Assembly: GCF_006345805.1 (NCBI RefSeq)
Contig: NW_021833591.1
Location: 1-60,676 of the forward strand
Length of the DNA stretch: 60,676 nt
Origin: Octopus sinensis
Taxonomy: Eukaryota
Direction of reading: 5' to 3'
Part shown: one piece after another, positions 15,912 to 28,829 of the stretch
Layout of the letters: every line of letters begins with the position of its first letter
How positions within the stretch are numbered: the first letter of the stretch is position 1
Translations under genes and position numbers: made by a program
Notes under the pieces: model-generated
Database searches by the model: none
What the model was told of the DNA's origin: nothing
The model's input: the letters and a program-made list of their open reading frames with translations, nothing else

Positions 15912-17252
15912 CTCTGTGTGCCTTGTGTATGTGCTGTGATTTGTTGTGATGCTCTGATTGTTATTGTATGGAAAGTGTTCTGCGTAGGATGTGTGCAGTG
16001 CCTAGTAATGCAATTTTCTCTATGTTATATGTGTTTGTAAGTCCTGGTGTTTTTGTTATGTAATTGTCTGAATATTTTTTTATCATGCCCAATGCACCTA
16101 TTATGATAGGAAATTTTTCTGTTTTTAGATTCCACATTCTGGTTACCTCTATTTCCAGCCTTTGTATTTGAGGATTTCTCCATTTCGTTTAGAGACACGT
16201 TGTCATCTGCCGGTATTGATACGTCAATTAAAAAGCATTTTTTTTCTTCATGATCTCTGACAACTATATCTGGTCTGTTGGCCTTAATTTCTCTATCTGT
16301 GTGTATCGGCATGTCCCAGAGTAGGGTTGCTTTCTCGTTTTCTGTAACCTTTTCTGGTGTGTGCCTATACCTTCTTTTTTCTGTTGTTATTCTATAATGT
16401 TGGCATAGCTTCCAATGTATGTAGGTTCCAACACTGTCATGTCTGTGAATATTTTCCTTCTTAGCCAGGACTGGGCAGCTAGAGATAATATGATTTATTG
16501 TTTCTTGTCCATCTCCACATATTCTGCAGTTACTTGTTATATTTCTTTTCATTACATGTATTTGGTAATTTCTGGTGGGGAGGCTTTGGTCTTGTGCTGC
16601 AATTAAAAATCCCTCTGTCTCTGCTTTGAGTCCTGTTCTTCTCAACCATTGCTGGGATTTTTCTTTGTCTATTTCTTTTGCGTTTAGTTTAGTCCAATAA
16701 TTAACATGAAGGGGCATTTCTTGCCATCGTTTTATTATGGCTCGTTGCTGTTTATTTTTAGTTTGGATTTCATTTGTATTATACCTTTTGTTGTTTCTTC
16801 ATCGTCGTTTTCTTCTTCTTTATATTTATGAGGTGGTATGATTTCTTGTTTGTATTTGTCAGCTTCCTTAAATACTGAGAACAGTTTTTTGTTTTGCTCG
16901 TGTTTTGCCGCTATTTGTATCAGTTTTCCTTCCTTCTGAAGTAGATATTTTGAAGTCCTATGGTGGTTAAATTGTTGTAGTTTTCCAGTTGTATAAGGCC
17001 TCTACCACCTTCTATACGTTGTATATATAGTCTTTCTATGTCAGATTTTGGGTGATGCATCCTAGATCCAGTCATTATTTTTCTTGTTTTCCTATCTATT
17101 TTGGTCAGTTCATTTGGTGTCCAGTTAAGGATATTGTAGCTGTAACTTATAACTGGGACAGCAAAAGTGTTAATGCCTATTATCTTGTTTTTAGCATTGA
17201 CCTCTGTTTTTAGTACTGATCTAATTCGTCTATAATATTCTTTTTTTATTTT
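15912..17252 (-). mobile_element. R4/Dong family A, 5'-truncated copy (CCHC + RLE region, frameshifted)
   Basis: ORF 16025..16717: CRICGDGQETINHIISSC zinc knuckle and RPDIVV...FLIDVS endonuclease motif. Near-identical to 40070..41410. Confidence 0.92.
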
Positions 17253-17270
17253 TATTATTACTATTATTAC

Positions 17271-20200
17271 TTTTTTTTTCTTCTTTCAAATTTGCTTCCA
17301 TTTCTTGCCGAGTGTCTTCCCGACTCCTAGGGCAAAGAAACTCATAGTATACACTGGTAGGCCATTAAACCAAACTCAGTAGTTCGTTCATTTTTTTTTT
17401 TTCAAGTTAAATTAAAATACATGAGCAGCAACAGTTCTCACATCGACAATGCTCTTCTCAATACGTGTGACGTACCAGTTAAGACAATCTTTTGCACTTC
17501 TTGCAGAGATGGTAAGCCAGGGATCATCTCATATAATTTTCGGTTCCCTTCTTGATCATTCCTAGTGCTCCTACGATCACTGGTATTGTAACCGCCTTGA
17601 GATGCCACATTTTCTCAATTTCAATGAGTAGGTCTTTATATTTTCTGAGCTTGTCAAACTCTTTCGCTGAGATATTACGATCACAGGAGATGCTCATGTC
17701 GATCAATAAGCAAACTTTATTGTTTTGGTCTTTCACAACAATATCTGGTTTATTGGCCTTGATGGTTCGGTCTGTATGTACTGGAAAGATCCACAGAATG
17801 GTTACATTTTCTCCTTCAGTTACAGCCTCAGGGTGGTGATTATACCACTTGTCGTTAGTTTTGATATTGTAATGCCGACTTATTAGCCAGTGGAGATATT
17901 GGCCAACTCTGTCATGTCTTAATTTATACTCCACTGGTGCTAAGACTTTACATCCAGAGATTAGGTGGTCCACTGTTTCAATCATGTCGTTGCAGAATCG
18001 GCATTTTGGGTCTGCTCCATTTTTCATCACATTGGCCTGGTAGTTCCGGGTTAATAGGCTTTGATCTTGAGCAGCCAGGATGAAACCTTCGCTCTCTGCT
18101 TTTAGCCCTGAGCTCCGTAGCCACTGATGGGTTTGCTTCTGGTCAACATCAGCTTGTTTGCTGCGGGTCACATATTTGCCGTGCAGAGGTTTCTCCTCCC
18201 ACCTATCAGCCAATTGCTCGTGCGCTTTTTTCATTGCCATCATTTTCACCTTCTTTGCAACAATAGTTGCCGTACTTCCCTCGGGTTGTTCAGTTTGGGT
18301 ATCCTGCACGAGATCAATAGCAAATTTTTTGCTTTCCTTTATGATAGAATGAAGCTTCTTTCGTCTCTCGTGATTTTCCACGAGCTTTAGCATCCAGTCA
18401 TTCGATATTTCGAGATATTTGGCCAGTCCAATTGTGGTTGTTTTGTAAGCTAGTTCAAATTGGATCAGGCCTCGACCTCCTTGGGCTCTGGGAAGGTAAA
18501 AGCGATCTACATCTGCCTTAGGGTGGTGCATCCTATTACAACTCAGCAGCTTGCGTATTTTTCTATTTATATTCTTTACTTCACTCATATTCCAGTTCAA
18601 CACATTGTAGCTATAAGTAACAACTGGAACTGCTAAGGAATTTATAGCTAACACCTTGTTACGTGCATTTAGTTCAGATTTCAGGACTGCACGAACTCTC
18701 CTATAACATTCCTTCCTGATTTTCTCTTTCATGCTTGCATGCTGAATACCAGAGCCTTCATTTATCCCTAAATATTTGTATGTTTGTTCTTGCTCAAGCT
18801 CTCTTATGACTGTGTCAACATCTTACACGACTGAATTTGTGGTCTTCACTTTCCCTTTCTGGAAAGTGGCCTTGGCACACTTCTCAGGTCCAAACTCCAT
18901 CCCGATGTCATCGCTGAATGCTTTCACGGTGCGCAATAGGCCTTCAAGTTCATTATTGTCTTTACCATGAAGTTTTAAGTCATCCATATAAAATAGATGG
19001 CTTATTTTTTTATTGGCAATTTTATACCCATACCCTGTTCTGTTTAATTCATTTGTAAGGGGTATTAGGGCTATGCAGAATATTAAAGGTGAAAGTGAGT
19101 CACCTTGAAAAATTCCACAGTTGATGTTTATATTTTCTGAGGCAAGTACTCCATTAGAGTGGTATAATTGGAGATTCGTATTCCACAACGACATATTGTG
19201 CTTCAGGAAGTTTGAAATCACAGGGGAAATTTTGAAGATGTCCAGCGATCTCAAGATCCATGGATGCGGTATACTGTCGAAGGTCTTTTTGTAGTCAATC
19301 CATGCGGTGCTGAGATTTCTGCGCTTGTTGTGACAGTTCTCATACGATTGATCTTTGCATCCGTAAGAATTTCGGCGGCACCCTTTTTGTTCAATGGGGA
19401 AAATATCGTTCTTCTCCATGAATGCATATGTTTTCTCCGCCAGGATAGATGTTAGGATTTTATACGTGGTGGATAGACAGGTTATAGGCCGATAGTGTTT
19501 TGGAAGGTTGGTTTCGTTATTCTTTGGGAGTAGGTAAGTAATGCCACTTGCTAACCATTCAGGTGTTTTCTTTGGGTCTCTCATAATTCCATTGAGCAGC
19601 TGAACTAGCTTACTGTGTGCGCATGGGAGCGATGCGAGCCAGAATTTCGGCACCCTATCTTTACCGGGGGATTTCCAATTATGGGCCTTCGTGAGTGCCT
19701 TTCTTAGGTCTGCTATTGTGATGTCTTCCCATGCTTGTTGTTTTAAATTTTGGTAGGATCCTTCAGTTTGTATAATCCAGTCTGCATTTATGTTGTACGT
19801 CTTCTTGTCACTCCAAATACTTTTCCAAAATTTTTGAACTTCTTCCATGGGAGGGGGGTCTTTAACGGTTACTTTCTCCTTCCCTATTTCTCTGTAGAAT
19901 CTTTTGGCATTGGATGTGAACAGCTTATTTTGCTTGTAAAACTTGTTTCTCTTCTCAAATCTTCGTATTCTTTGGGCTTTTGCTTGGACTTTTTGTTTCA
20001 GCGTTTCTTTTATTGATATCAGTTCTTCTCTTGGTGAGGATCCAAATTTTCTCTTCATCTTTCTTCCTGTTCTGGATCATTTCCACATATTAGTTCATTT
20101 AATATTGATATTTCCCCTCTCATAAATTCAATCTCTTTTTCAATTTTACTTCTCCAGGTTTGATTTCTTCCCAGGTTTTGTTTTCTTTGTTTTCTCGGGA

Positions 20201-21209
20201 GCATACAGCTGGTTTCAATTGCCCTAGCAGAAGCGTAAATAATTTCATTTAACTCAGTAAAATCAGGTTTTAATTCTCGTATTATTTCATTTGTTACATA
20301 GTTGCCAATTTGGATTTGTTTTTTATTTTGGTTTGTATTTGAGAGTTTATGAAGTGTTTCTCTATCATTCATACTTGTATGTCTTACAACTTCAAGCGTA
20401 TTCAGGATTTTCTGCCTCATTTCTGCCATAGACTCTCTGTGTCCTTCAGCAAATGCGAGATCTTCAGTTACTGTTGTTTTTTCGTTTTCCTGGCTATCTT
20501 TAACAGGTACAATAGAATTTCTTGTATCTTCAGGCCTTTGCGTACTTTGGTCAGATGGCAGTCTTTCAATTAAGCCTCGTGGTGGGCTATACTGTTCATC
20601 TGATTCTTCATTTCCTTTGAGTCGTATATTTATGTCATTTTCCATTGCGTGCTTGATCGCACTTATTTCACTGTCTGTGAGTCTGTTATTTCTAAGGATA
20701 TCCCTCCTCACATTTGCTAATTTGTTCTCGTCCAAATAGGGCCTACTGTCTTGATTCCGTGTTCTCCATATACTGTAAGAGTTTGCGGTGTGTCTCTCTT
20801 GAGATGGCCTACCTAATGCATAGTAATAAGCGTATATTACTTCTTTATACTCTCCTCGGGTCCATTTGTTCCGCTTACATTTTTCTTTCTGTGGTGGTTG
20901 TGGTGGTGAACTTGGAGGGCTCGAGTTGGGGGATTTCCCGTTCAAGTGACCATCCATGTCCGTATTCGGAGAAGAGTTTGTGCCAGTTGATGACTTTTCG
21001 ATCCCAGGCTGGCTCTTCCCTGGGGGACGCGCTTCCAGATTAACCATAGGACAAGCGATTTGGTATACTGATTTAGTTTTCCTTTTAGTTTCCAAAAACA
21101 TTTTGGTGCTACGATAATGTTATCATTTTTTAGCTTTGATTGGCTAGTGGGGAGACGGCCATCGTTGCCGTTACAATTATAATCGTACCATTATAGCAGC
21201 CGTAGTCGG
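17271..21209 (-). mobile_element. R4/Dong family B, apparently full-length (about 3.9 kb), ORF broken into three frames
   Basis: N-terminal domain 20055..21101; RT 18823..20058 (YRPITCL, WIDYKKTFDSIPH, GIFQGDSLSP, YMDD); thumb/CCHC/RLE 17524..18732 (CRFC...HLISGC, KPDIVV...LIDMS). TAA-type repeats on both flanks. Confidence 0.93.
18823..20058 (-). pseudogene. Reverse transcriptase segment of Dong family B ORF
   Basis: RT motifs as listed for the element; adjacent segments lie in other frames. Confidence 0.88.
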
Positions 21210-21231
21210 CTTATTATTGTTATTATCATCA

Positions 21232-24200
21232 CCAGTAGAGAGCATTTTGCCCACTCAAGATCAGCAATAATTTACGGTAAAGCTGAATCCACCCGTGATA
21301 CAGGCATAAACCGCCTAAAAGATGACATTAATTTTGTTTCCATTTTGGTTGGAGAATTGTTCTCTGTGAACGAAAAGGTCAGTGTCCTTAAGGTCGCTCG
21401 GCTAGGAAGATTCCAAGCGAACCCAACCGCAGATACTAGACCACGCCCAATAAGGGTAATCTTTTCTTCTGATCGGGAGGCTTCAGTCTTACTGAACAGA
21501 GCTCAGACGCATGCTTGGGAGGACCCCAATATGGGTTTTCGCGAGGAATACTCACTAAGAGAGAGAATTCGCCGGAGAAACCTGATATCCGAACTAAAGA
21601 TGAGGAAACAAATGGGAGAGAAGGGTTTACGAATCCAAGATGGACAGATAATCAAGTCCTACCTCTGGTCCCATGCTGTAGTGCTGACAGGGAAAGTGAT
21701 GTGAGGGCAAATCGAAGTGAAGTTGATACCCCCGTCAACGATGCTATATCTGATACACCTTATTCTGCTTGTTCCCCAACTCCCGCCCCTCAGACTTCAC
21801 AGCTCAGCATCGTCTACACCAACTCGTGCTCCTTATTCCCAAAGTTCAGTGAACTATTTACACTGGCCATACGTGACTCCCTTGATGTGATAGCTATCAC
21901 CGAGACTTGGCTGACTCCAGCAGTAAAGGACTCAGAAATCCACCTGCAGGGCTACGTCCTTTTCAGATGTGACAGAGGAAAAAGGCGAGGTGGAGGTTTT
22001 GCTGTGTATGTTAAGTCTGAGAACAAACCGTCCAGCGGTATTCTACCCACTAACGCTCAGCCTACAACAAAATTCGATGCCGTCTATTGCAAGCTGAGCC
22101 TATCTGAGTTTTGCCTGCCCGTGTTGGCTGTCTACAGGCCGCCTCTTGCCGACCCCCAGGACGATGCTCATTTACTCGAAGCGATAAGATTCGTTTCAGC
22201 TTTGCATGACTGTTTGGTACTAGGAGACTTCAACGCTCCCACGATCGATTGGCCCGCATCAATTTGTACAACATCTTCCCGGTTCGGCCAGGCCCTTCTT
22301 GACGTGGCTGAAGATTGTTTTCTATCGCAACAAGTTGAATATCCGACAAGGCATCGGTCTGGGCAGCAGCCATCTATACTAGATCTGGTATTCTCCCGCT
22401 ATCCAATATCAGTGTCAGACGTATCTGTGTGCGCCCCTCTTGCCAAGAGTGATCATGCAGTCCTGAAGTTCGTCATGCACACAACTTTTTCTGCGCCCAC
22501 GACTACTTCGCTGCCACGTAGAGTCTTCTCTGCAATTAATCTTGAAATTCTAACCGAGGCTTCCGCGCTTCTGGACTGGCGATCCCTGATGACGTTGTCC
22601 TCAGTTGACGAACTATGGTCATCCATCAAAGCATATGTAATCTGTTTGACTGACCAGGCAGTTCCCGTTGGGCTTCCCAAGAGGAAGAAACACAAGCCCT
22701 GGGTGACGAAGAGGGTTAAACGAGAACGTCGACTCAGAGATATTGCTTGGGCTGAATTCAAAAATCTGGATTCGACTGCAGCTTTTGAGGTGTACAAAAC
22801 ACAACGAGACCGAGCCGTGAAAATCGAAAAGAAAGAACGCTTCAGTTATGAATACAAAATCGCGGCAAATGCCAGTAGCAATCCAAAAACCTTCTTTGCC
22901 CATGTCCAGCGGAATTCCCGCTTGAACAACCAGATTGCAACGTTGGTAGACTCAACAGGCGTATCGATTGAGTACCCTTATCAACAGAGTCAATTATTTG
23001 CCGAGGCTTTTTCAACTATTTTCAAACAAGATGATGGTCGTGAACCCCCTCCATTTGATAGATCGGTACCTCCAATGCTTCGATTGATCATCACGCGGGA
23101 CGAAGTCAAACGTGTTATTCAAGGCCTCGATGTCAACAAGGGTCACGGCCCTGACGGCATACACCCACGGGTTATCAAAGCGTTGGCTCCGGTCATCTGC
23201 GACCCCTTGACGCGACTATTCAATATGTCATTAGCGACGGGTGTTATACCTGCAGACTGGAGAACAGCGATAATCTGCCCAATTTTCAAGAAAGGGAGCC
23301 GCGAAGACCCGCTTAACTACCGACCGGTTTCCCTTACATCAATAATCAGCAAGATGTTCGAAACCATCCTTAAGAAAAGTATGATGCTCCACCTCCTAAA
23401 CACAGCCTCTATCTCTGATTCCCAACACGGCTTCGTGCCGAAGAGATCATGCTTGACCAACTTACTAGTAATGGAAGAATTGGTGACGCGCATCCTCGAT
23501 GATAGTGATGCTGTTGACATCGTTTTACTGGACTTTGCCAAAGCTTTTGACTCGGTAAACCACCGCCTATTACTTGTCAAGCTTCAAGCATATAGTTTCC
23601 ATTCGGATATTGTACGATGGGTTGGTGCTTTCCTCTCAGATCGCTCCTTCCAAGTCCAAGTTAATGGTTCGCGGTCCGACGTCTACAGTGCGAGCAGTGG
23701 CGTGCCTCAAGGTTCAGTGCTTGGGCCCTTGTTGTTCTTAGTCTTCATAAATGACTTGCCCGACGACCTCACGCAACTCACCCTTCTATTTGCCGACGAT
23801 ATCAAACTGGTCGCTCCTCGCGGTAATATAGAGGATCTTCGTCGATGCCTCCACCAAATTTGGAAGTGGTCTAACGATTGGGACCTGTGTCTGAACATGT
23901 CAAAGTGCTGTCATCTGCCTGTCGGCTCTACTCCTGCAACTCAACTTGATTTCGAGCCGGGTCGTCTGCTGCTGGAGAGGACCGATCAGGTAAAGGACCT
24001 AGGTATCTTGGTGGATTCCTCCTTTTCGCCTTCGGCCCAGTGCGTCCATGATGACAACAAAGCACGCGGAATTCTGTTCTTGATTTGACTGTCATTCGGA
24101 ATGCTCACAGCAGCCATATTCCTACCACTCTATGTCACGCTGGTGAGACCCATATTGGAGTATGGGATTCAAGCCTCTTCTCCTTATCTCCTCAAAGACA

Positions 24201-24669
24201 TACAGCATCTCGAAAGAGTCCAGAAGCTGGCTACCCGCATGGTTCATGGTCTCAAACATTTGTCCTACGAAGAAAGGCTGAGGACGCTCGACCATTATTC
24301 TCTAGAAAAACGCCGCCGCCGTGGTGATCTCATTCTCGCCCACAACATCATAAGCGGAAAGTGTAACCTCTCGAAAGAGCTGTTCTTCACTCCTGCTCCA
24401 GAGCGTCGGCTGCGGGGGCATTCCGAAAAGCTCTACCTGCGACGATTTCATCTCAATCGAAGGAGAGGAGCTTTCTCTGTCCGGGTTGCGGATCCGTGGA
24501 ACAAGCTGCCAGACGAGATGGTAAAGATGCCGACGACCGCTTTGTTCAAAGCCTCCCTGGACCTCAAGTGGCCTGAACTCTTTACATGAACACCACCCTG
24601 TACTTAACTCCATGTCCCCCTACATGGCCTTGCTATTTGCTTTTGAGCCAAATTAACTAACTAACTAAC
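21232..24669 (+). mobile_element. CR1-group LINE, 5'-truncated (ORF1 remnant + APE-RT ORF2), (CTAA)n tail
   Basis: ORF1 remnant ...AIIYGKAES...RLG...RPRPIRVIF; ORF2 has APE and RT motifs; short 3' UTR ends in AACTAACTAACTAAC. Confidence 0.93.
21515..24589 (+). pseudogene. CR1-type ORF2 (APE endonuclease + RT) with one in-frame TGA at 24086..24088
   Basis: APE: ITETWL, LGDFNAP, ILDLVF, SDHAVL. RT: YRPVSLTS, DFAKAFDSV, GVPQGSVLGP, LFADD. ORF 24101..24589 continues in the same frame after the stop. True start is probably downstream of 21515. Confidence 0.9.
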
Positions 24670-25114
24670 CATTACCATCACTATCATCATCATCACCACC
24701 ATTACCATCATCATTATCATCATCACCATCACCATCACCACCATCATCATCAATGATATTGTTTTATGTGTAGTCACAGCAGTATCTTTTTTTATTTTTT
24801 ATTTTTGTATTTTTTTATCATTATCACCATCACAGTAGTGTCTGTCTGTCTCGTTGGCTGGCTTGGTGGTTGGCTGGCTGATTGTCTTCAACACTAGAGT
24901 TCTTGCCTGTCAAATAATACTTTCTTTGTGTTGGTTGAACTCTTTGAGTGTGTGTGTGTGTGTAGATAGATAGATAGATTATCAGCACCATTTCTATCAT
25001 TATTATCATCATCACCATCATCACCATCACCATCAGTGATTTTTTTTTTTTTGGTGGGGTCCTATCGGTCAAAAAAAGTTCAGATGTTTACTAATATTAG
25101 GCTTAAGAAAAATT

Positions 25115-25732
25115 AAGGAAGGGCTGTTCTGTATTGTTTGTGAATAGAGAAGTTGTGTTCGACCAGAGAGAATCTTAGCATCATCATTTTTTTTTCCATG
25201 TGCGTTTGTGTTATTGCAATAAAAAGTGTTTGTATATTTCCTGTAAGGTAATATTGTGGAGGTTGAAGTTGACTTTTCTAGAGATGTTTGTATGTCCAGT
25301 TAGAAGAACAGGTGTGTTTTTACAATAAAAAGTATATGTTTACATTTATATTTGAATATTCAGGGAGGAAGCAAAGAAAAGTCAGATTTTCATAGAAAGT
25401 TTTAGGGTTTTGTAAGTCCACATAAAGAAAAGCGTGATGTTTTTAGAGAGAAGAAAAAAAAAAGGATGTTTACAGAGGCAATTGTGGGTATCAAAGTTTT
25501 TAAAGCTAGTCGAATGTATGATTGAAAACTGTAGACATGTAAATTTGTAAATTTTCTTAACTTATTTTGAAGGGCTGTTCTGTATTTGTGAATAGAGAAG
25601 CTGTGTTCGACCAGAGAGAATGTTATCATTATTATTTTTTCCATGTGCGTTTGTGTTATTGCAATAAAAAGTGTTTGTATATTTCGTGCTTATTTTGAAG
25701 GGCTGTTCTGTATTATTTATGAATAGAGAAGC

Positions 25733-25735
<3 letters not shown>
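25115..25735. repeat. Unclassified segment with a roughly 120-bp sequence present twice plus a partial third copy
   Basis: GAAGGGCTGTTCTGTATT...GAATAGAGAAG begins near 25118, 25569 and 25697. Confidence 0.75.
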
Positions 25736-25787
<52 letters not shown>

Positions 25788-25826
25788 GTTATTATTATTA
25801 TCATATATTATTATTATTATTATTGA

Positions 25827-25897
<71 letters not shown>

Positions 25898-26248
25898 ATG
25901 ATTATTAATATTATTATTATTTTTATTATTATTATTACTATTATTATTGTTAATATAATTATTATTATTATCATTATTATCATTAACATTATCATTATCA
26001 ATATAATATCATTATTATTATTATTATTATTATTCTTTTTCTTATTATTTTTATTATTATTATTATTATTCAGTAGTTAATAATAATAATAATAAAAATA
26101 ATAAGAATAATAATAATAATAATAATAATAATGATATTATATTGATAATGATAATGTTAATGATAATAATGATAATAATAATAATTATATTAACAATAAT
26201 AATAATAATAATTATTATTATTATTTATTATTATTATTATTATTACTA

Positions 26249-26280
<32 letters not shown>

Positions 26281-26317
26281 TATTATATTATTATTATTAT
26301 TATTATTATTATCATCA

Positions 26318-26390
<73 letters not shown>
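25736..26390. repeat. (ATT)n tract containing a local fold-back inversion
   Basis: Direct reading; 26079..26200 is AAT-stranded and complementary to 25941..26070. Confidence 0.9.
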
Positions 26391-26394
<4 letters not shown>

Positions 26395-28608
26395 TAGTTT
26401 TATTTTTATTGCGTGCTTTCACTTCACTACCGAGCGCATTTCTGTGTGCCTTGGGTATGTGCTGTGATTTGTTGTGATGCTCTGATGGTTATTGTATGGA
26501 AAGTGTTCTGCGTAGGATGTGTGCAGTGCCTAGTAGTGCAATTTTCTGTATGTTATATGTGTTTGTAAGTCCTGGTGTTTTTGTTATGTATTTGTCTGAA
26601 TATTTTTTTATCATGCCTAATGCACCTACTATGATAGGAATTGTTTCTGTTTTCAGGTTCCACATTCTAGTTACCTCTATTTCCAGGACTTTGTATTTTG
26701 AGAGTTTCTCCATTTCTTTTAGAGACACGTTGTCATCTGCCGGTATTGATACATCAATTAGAAAGCATTTTTTTTCTTCATGGTCTCTGACAACTATATC
26801 TGGTCTGTTGGCCTTAATTTCTCTATCTGTGTGTATCGGCATATCCAGAGTATGGTTGCTTTCTCGTTTTCTGTGACCTTTTCTGGTGTGTGCCTATACC
26901 ATCTTTTTTCTGTTGTTATTCCATAATGTTGGCATAGCTTCCAATGTATGTAGGTTCCAACTCTGTCATGTCTGTGAATATATTCCTTCTTAGCCAGGAC
27001 TGGGCAGCTAGAGATAATATGATTTATTGTTTCTTGTCCATCTCCACATATTCTGCAGTTACTTGTAATATTTCTTTTCATTACATGTATTTGGTAATTT
27101 CTGGTGGGGAGGCTTTGGTCTTGTGCTGCAATTAAAAATCCCTCTGTTTCTGCTTTGAGTCCTGAGCTTCTCAACCATTGCTGGGATTTTTCTTTGTCTA
27201 TTTCTTTTGCGTTTAGTTTAGTGCAGTATTTACCATGAAGGGGTTTTTCTTGCCATCGTTTTATCATGGCTCGTTGCTGTTCTATTTTTAGTTTGGATTT
27301 CATTTGTTTTATAGCTTTTGTTGTTTCTTCATCATCGTCTTCTTCTTCTTTGTGTTTATTAGGTGGTATGATTTCTTGTTTGTATTTGTCAGCTTCCTTA
27401 AATACTGAGAACAGTTTTTTGTTTTGCTCGTGTTTTGCCGCTATCTGGATCAGTTATTTATCCACAGGGTTTGTTTGGGTGGTGGTACTCTCCTGTTTGG
27501 GCGGGTTTGGGTGAGTATCCAGCTTCTTTTGTGGCTGCAGTGGCTGCTGCGTATATTAGGTTATTTAGCTCAGTGATATCACTTTTTTTTGTTTCAGTGG
27601 CTAGTTCAGTGACGGCTAGGTTTATGTTGTTTATAATTGGTGTTGTTATTGCGTTTATTTTTATTCTTGGGAGGTATGGTCGGTGGTCCATTTTGAGCTC
27701 TGTGGTTTTTAGTTCTTTGATTATTTTATTTTTATATTATCATAATCATTAGGCTCCCCTTCGTTGTTTACATCGTGTTTGTTGGGAATGTTGCGTTTGT
27801 CTTCGTGTTTTACAGTTTCAGTGTTTATATTATTGGGCATTGTTGTGTGGCTTCTATCTACATTTTCTTGGTGTATTTTTTCTTTTAAATGTTCTATTTC
27901 TATTTCTGATATTTTTTTGGCTTTGAGAATGTATCTTCGTACTTTAGCTAATTTATTAGGGTTCATTGCTGTATCCAAGTCTATATCTCTATTATTTTCC
28001 TTCCATATTTTATATGTATGTGTTGTTGTATTTTCATTTTGTGGGTAGAGCATTGCTGTGAAGTATGCGTGTAAGATAGAAATGTATTCCTCACGTGTCC
28101 ATTTACGTCTTTTGGGTTTTAATTGCGGGACATGAGGTACAACGTCCGGCCCATTATTTTGACGGTCGTCATTTTCGTAGGGTACCGGTCCGTTTATTTC
28201 TGTTGTCACATTATTTCGCACGTGTAGTTTTTCGTACATTTTTTGTTTTAGGTTTAATGTACGTACCGCTCGATTGTTATTCTTGGGTTGAATAGTATCG
28301 GTGGCATTTAATTTCTTCGTAGTTCCTTTGTACATGGTGTTTGAAGTCGGGGATGATCGTGTTGTTCCACGCATGTTTACATGTGTTGTGTTAGAGGTGG
28401 AGATAATATCGAGTCAAAATACATCATTTCGTTTCGAAAATAGTAATAAATTTCAATTCGTATTACTTACTCGGATATAGTCCAATTCTTTGTTAGTAAA
28501 TCTTTGGCTCCATAGGGTGTCCTTGTTTTCGATGTTTGTGGATAGATTTCGGAGCTCTGTATTTTCCTTCTTACATCTTAAACGTCCCCGGTGTCTTCTC
28601 TTAACGTC
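26391..28608 (-). mobile_element. R4/Dong family A copy with both termini but an internal deletion of the RT domain
   Basis: Matches 40019..41079 and then jumps to 42825..43980 equivalents at junction 27453..27455 (GTT). Confidence 0.9.
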
Positions 28609-28612
28609 ATTA

Positions 28613-28681
<69 letters not shown>

Positions 28682-28772
28682 GTTATTATCATGATTATTA
28701 TTATTATTAATTTTAATATTGTTATTATCATTATTATCATTATTATCATTATATTATCATTATTATTATTAT

Positions 28773-28829
28773 TCAGTAGTTTTATTTTATAGCGTGCTTT
28801 CACTTCACTACCGAGCGCAGCTCTGTGTG
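28773..28829 (-). mobile_element. 3'-terminal 57 bp of Dong family A
   Basis: TCAGTAGTTTTATTTTATAGCGTGCTTTCACTTCACTACCGAGCGCAGCTCTGTGTG matches the family A 3' UTR at 40019 onward. Confidence 0.9.

Noticed and set aside
21102-21209. HDV-like ribozyme in the Dong B 5' UTR (also looked for in family A)
   Set aside because: Several small hairpins, but I could not build the nested double pseudoknot by eye. Unresolved rather than excluded.
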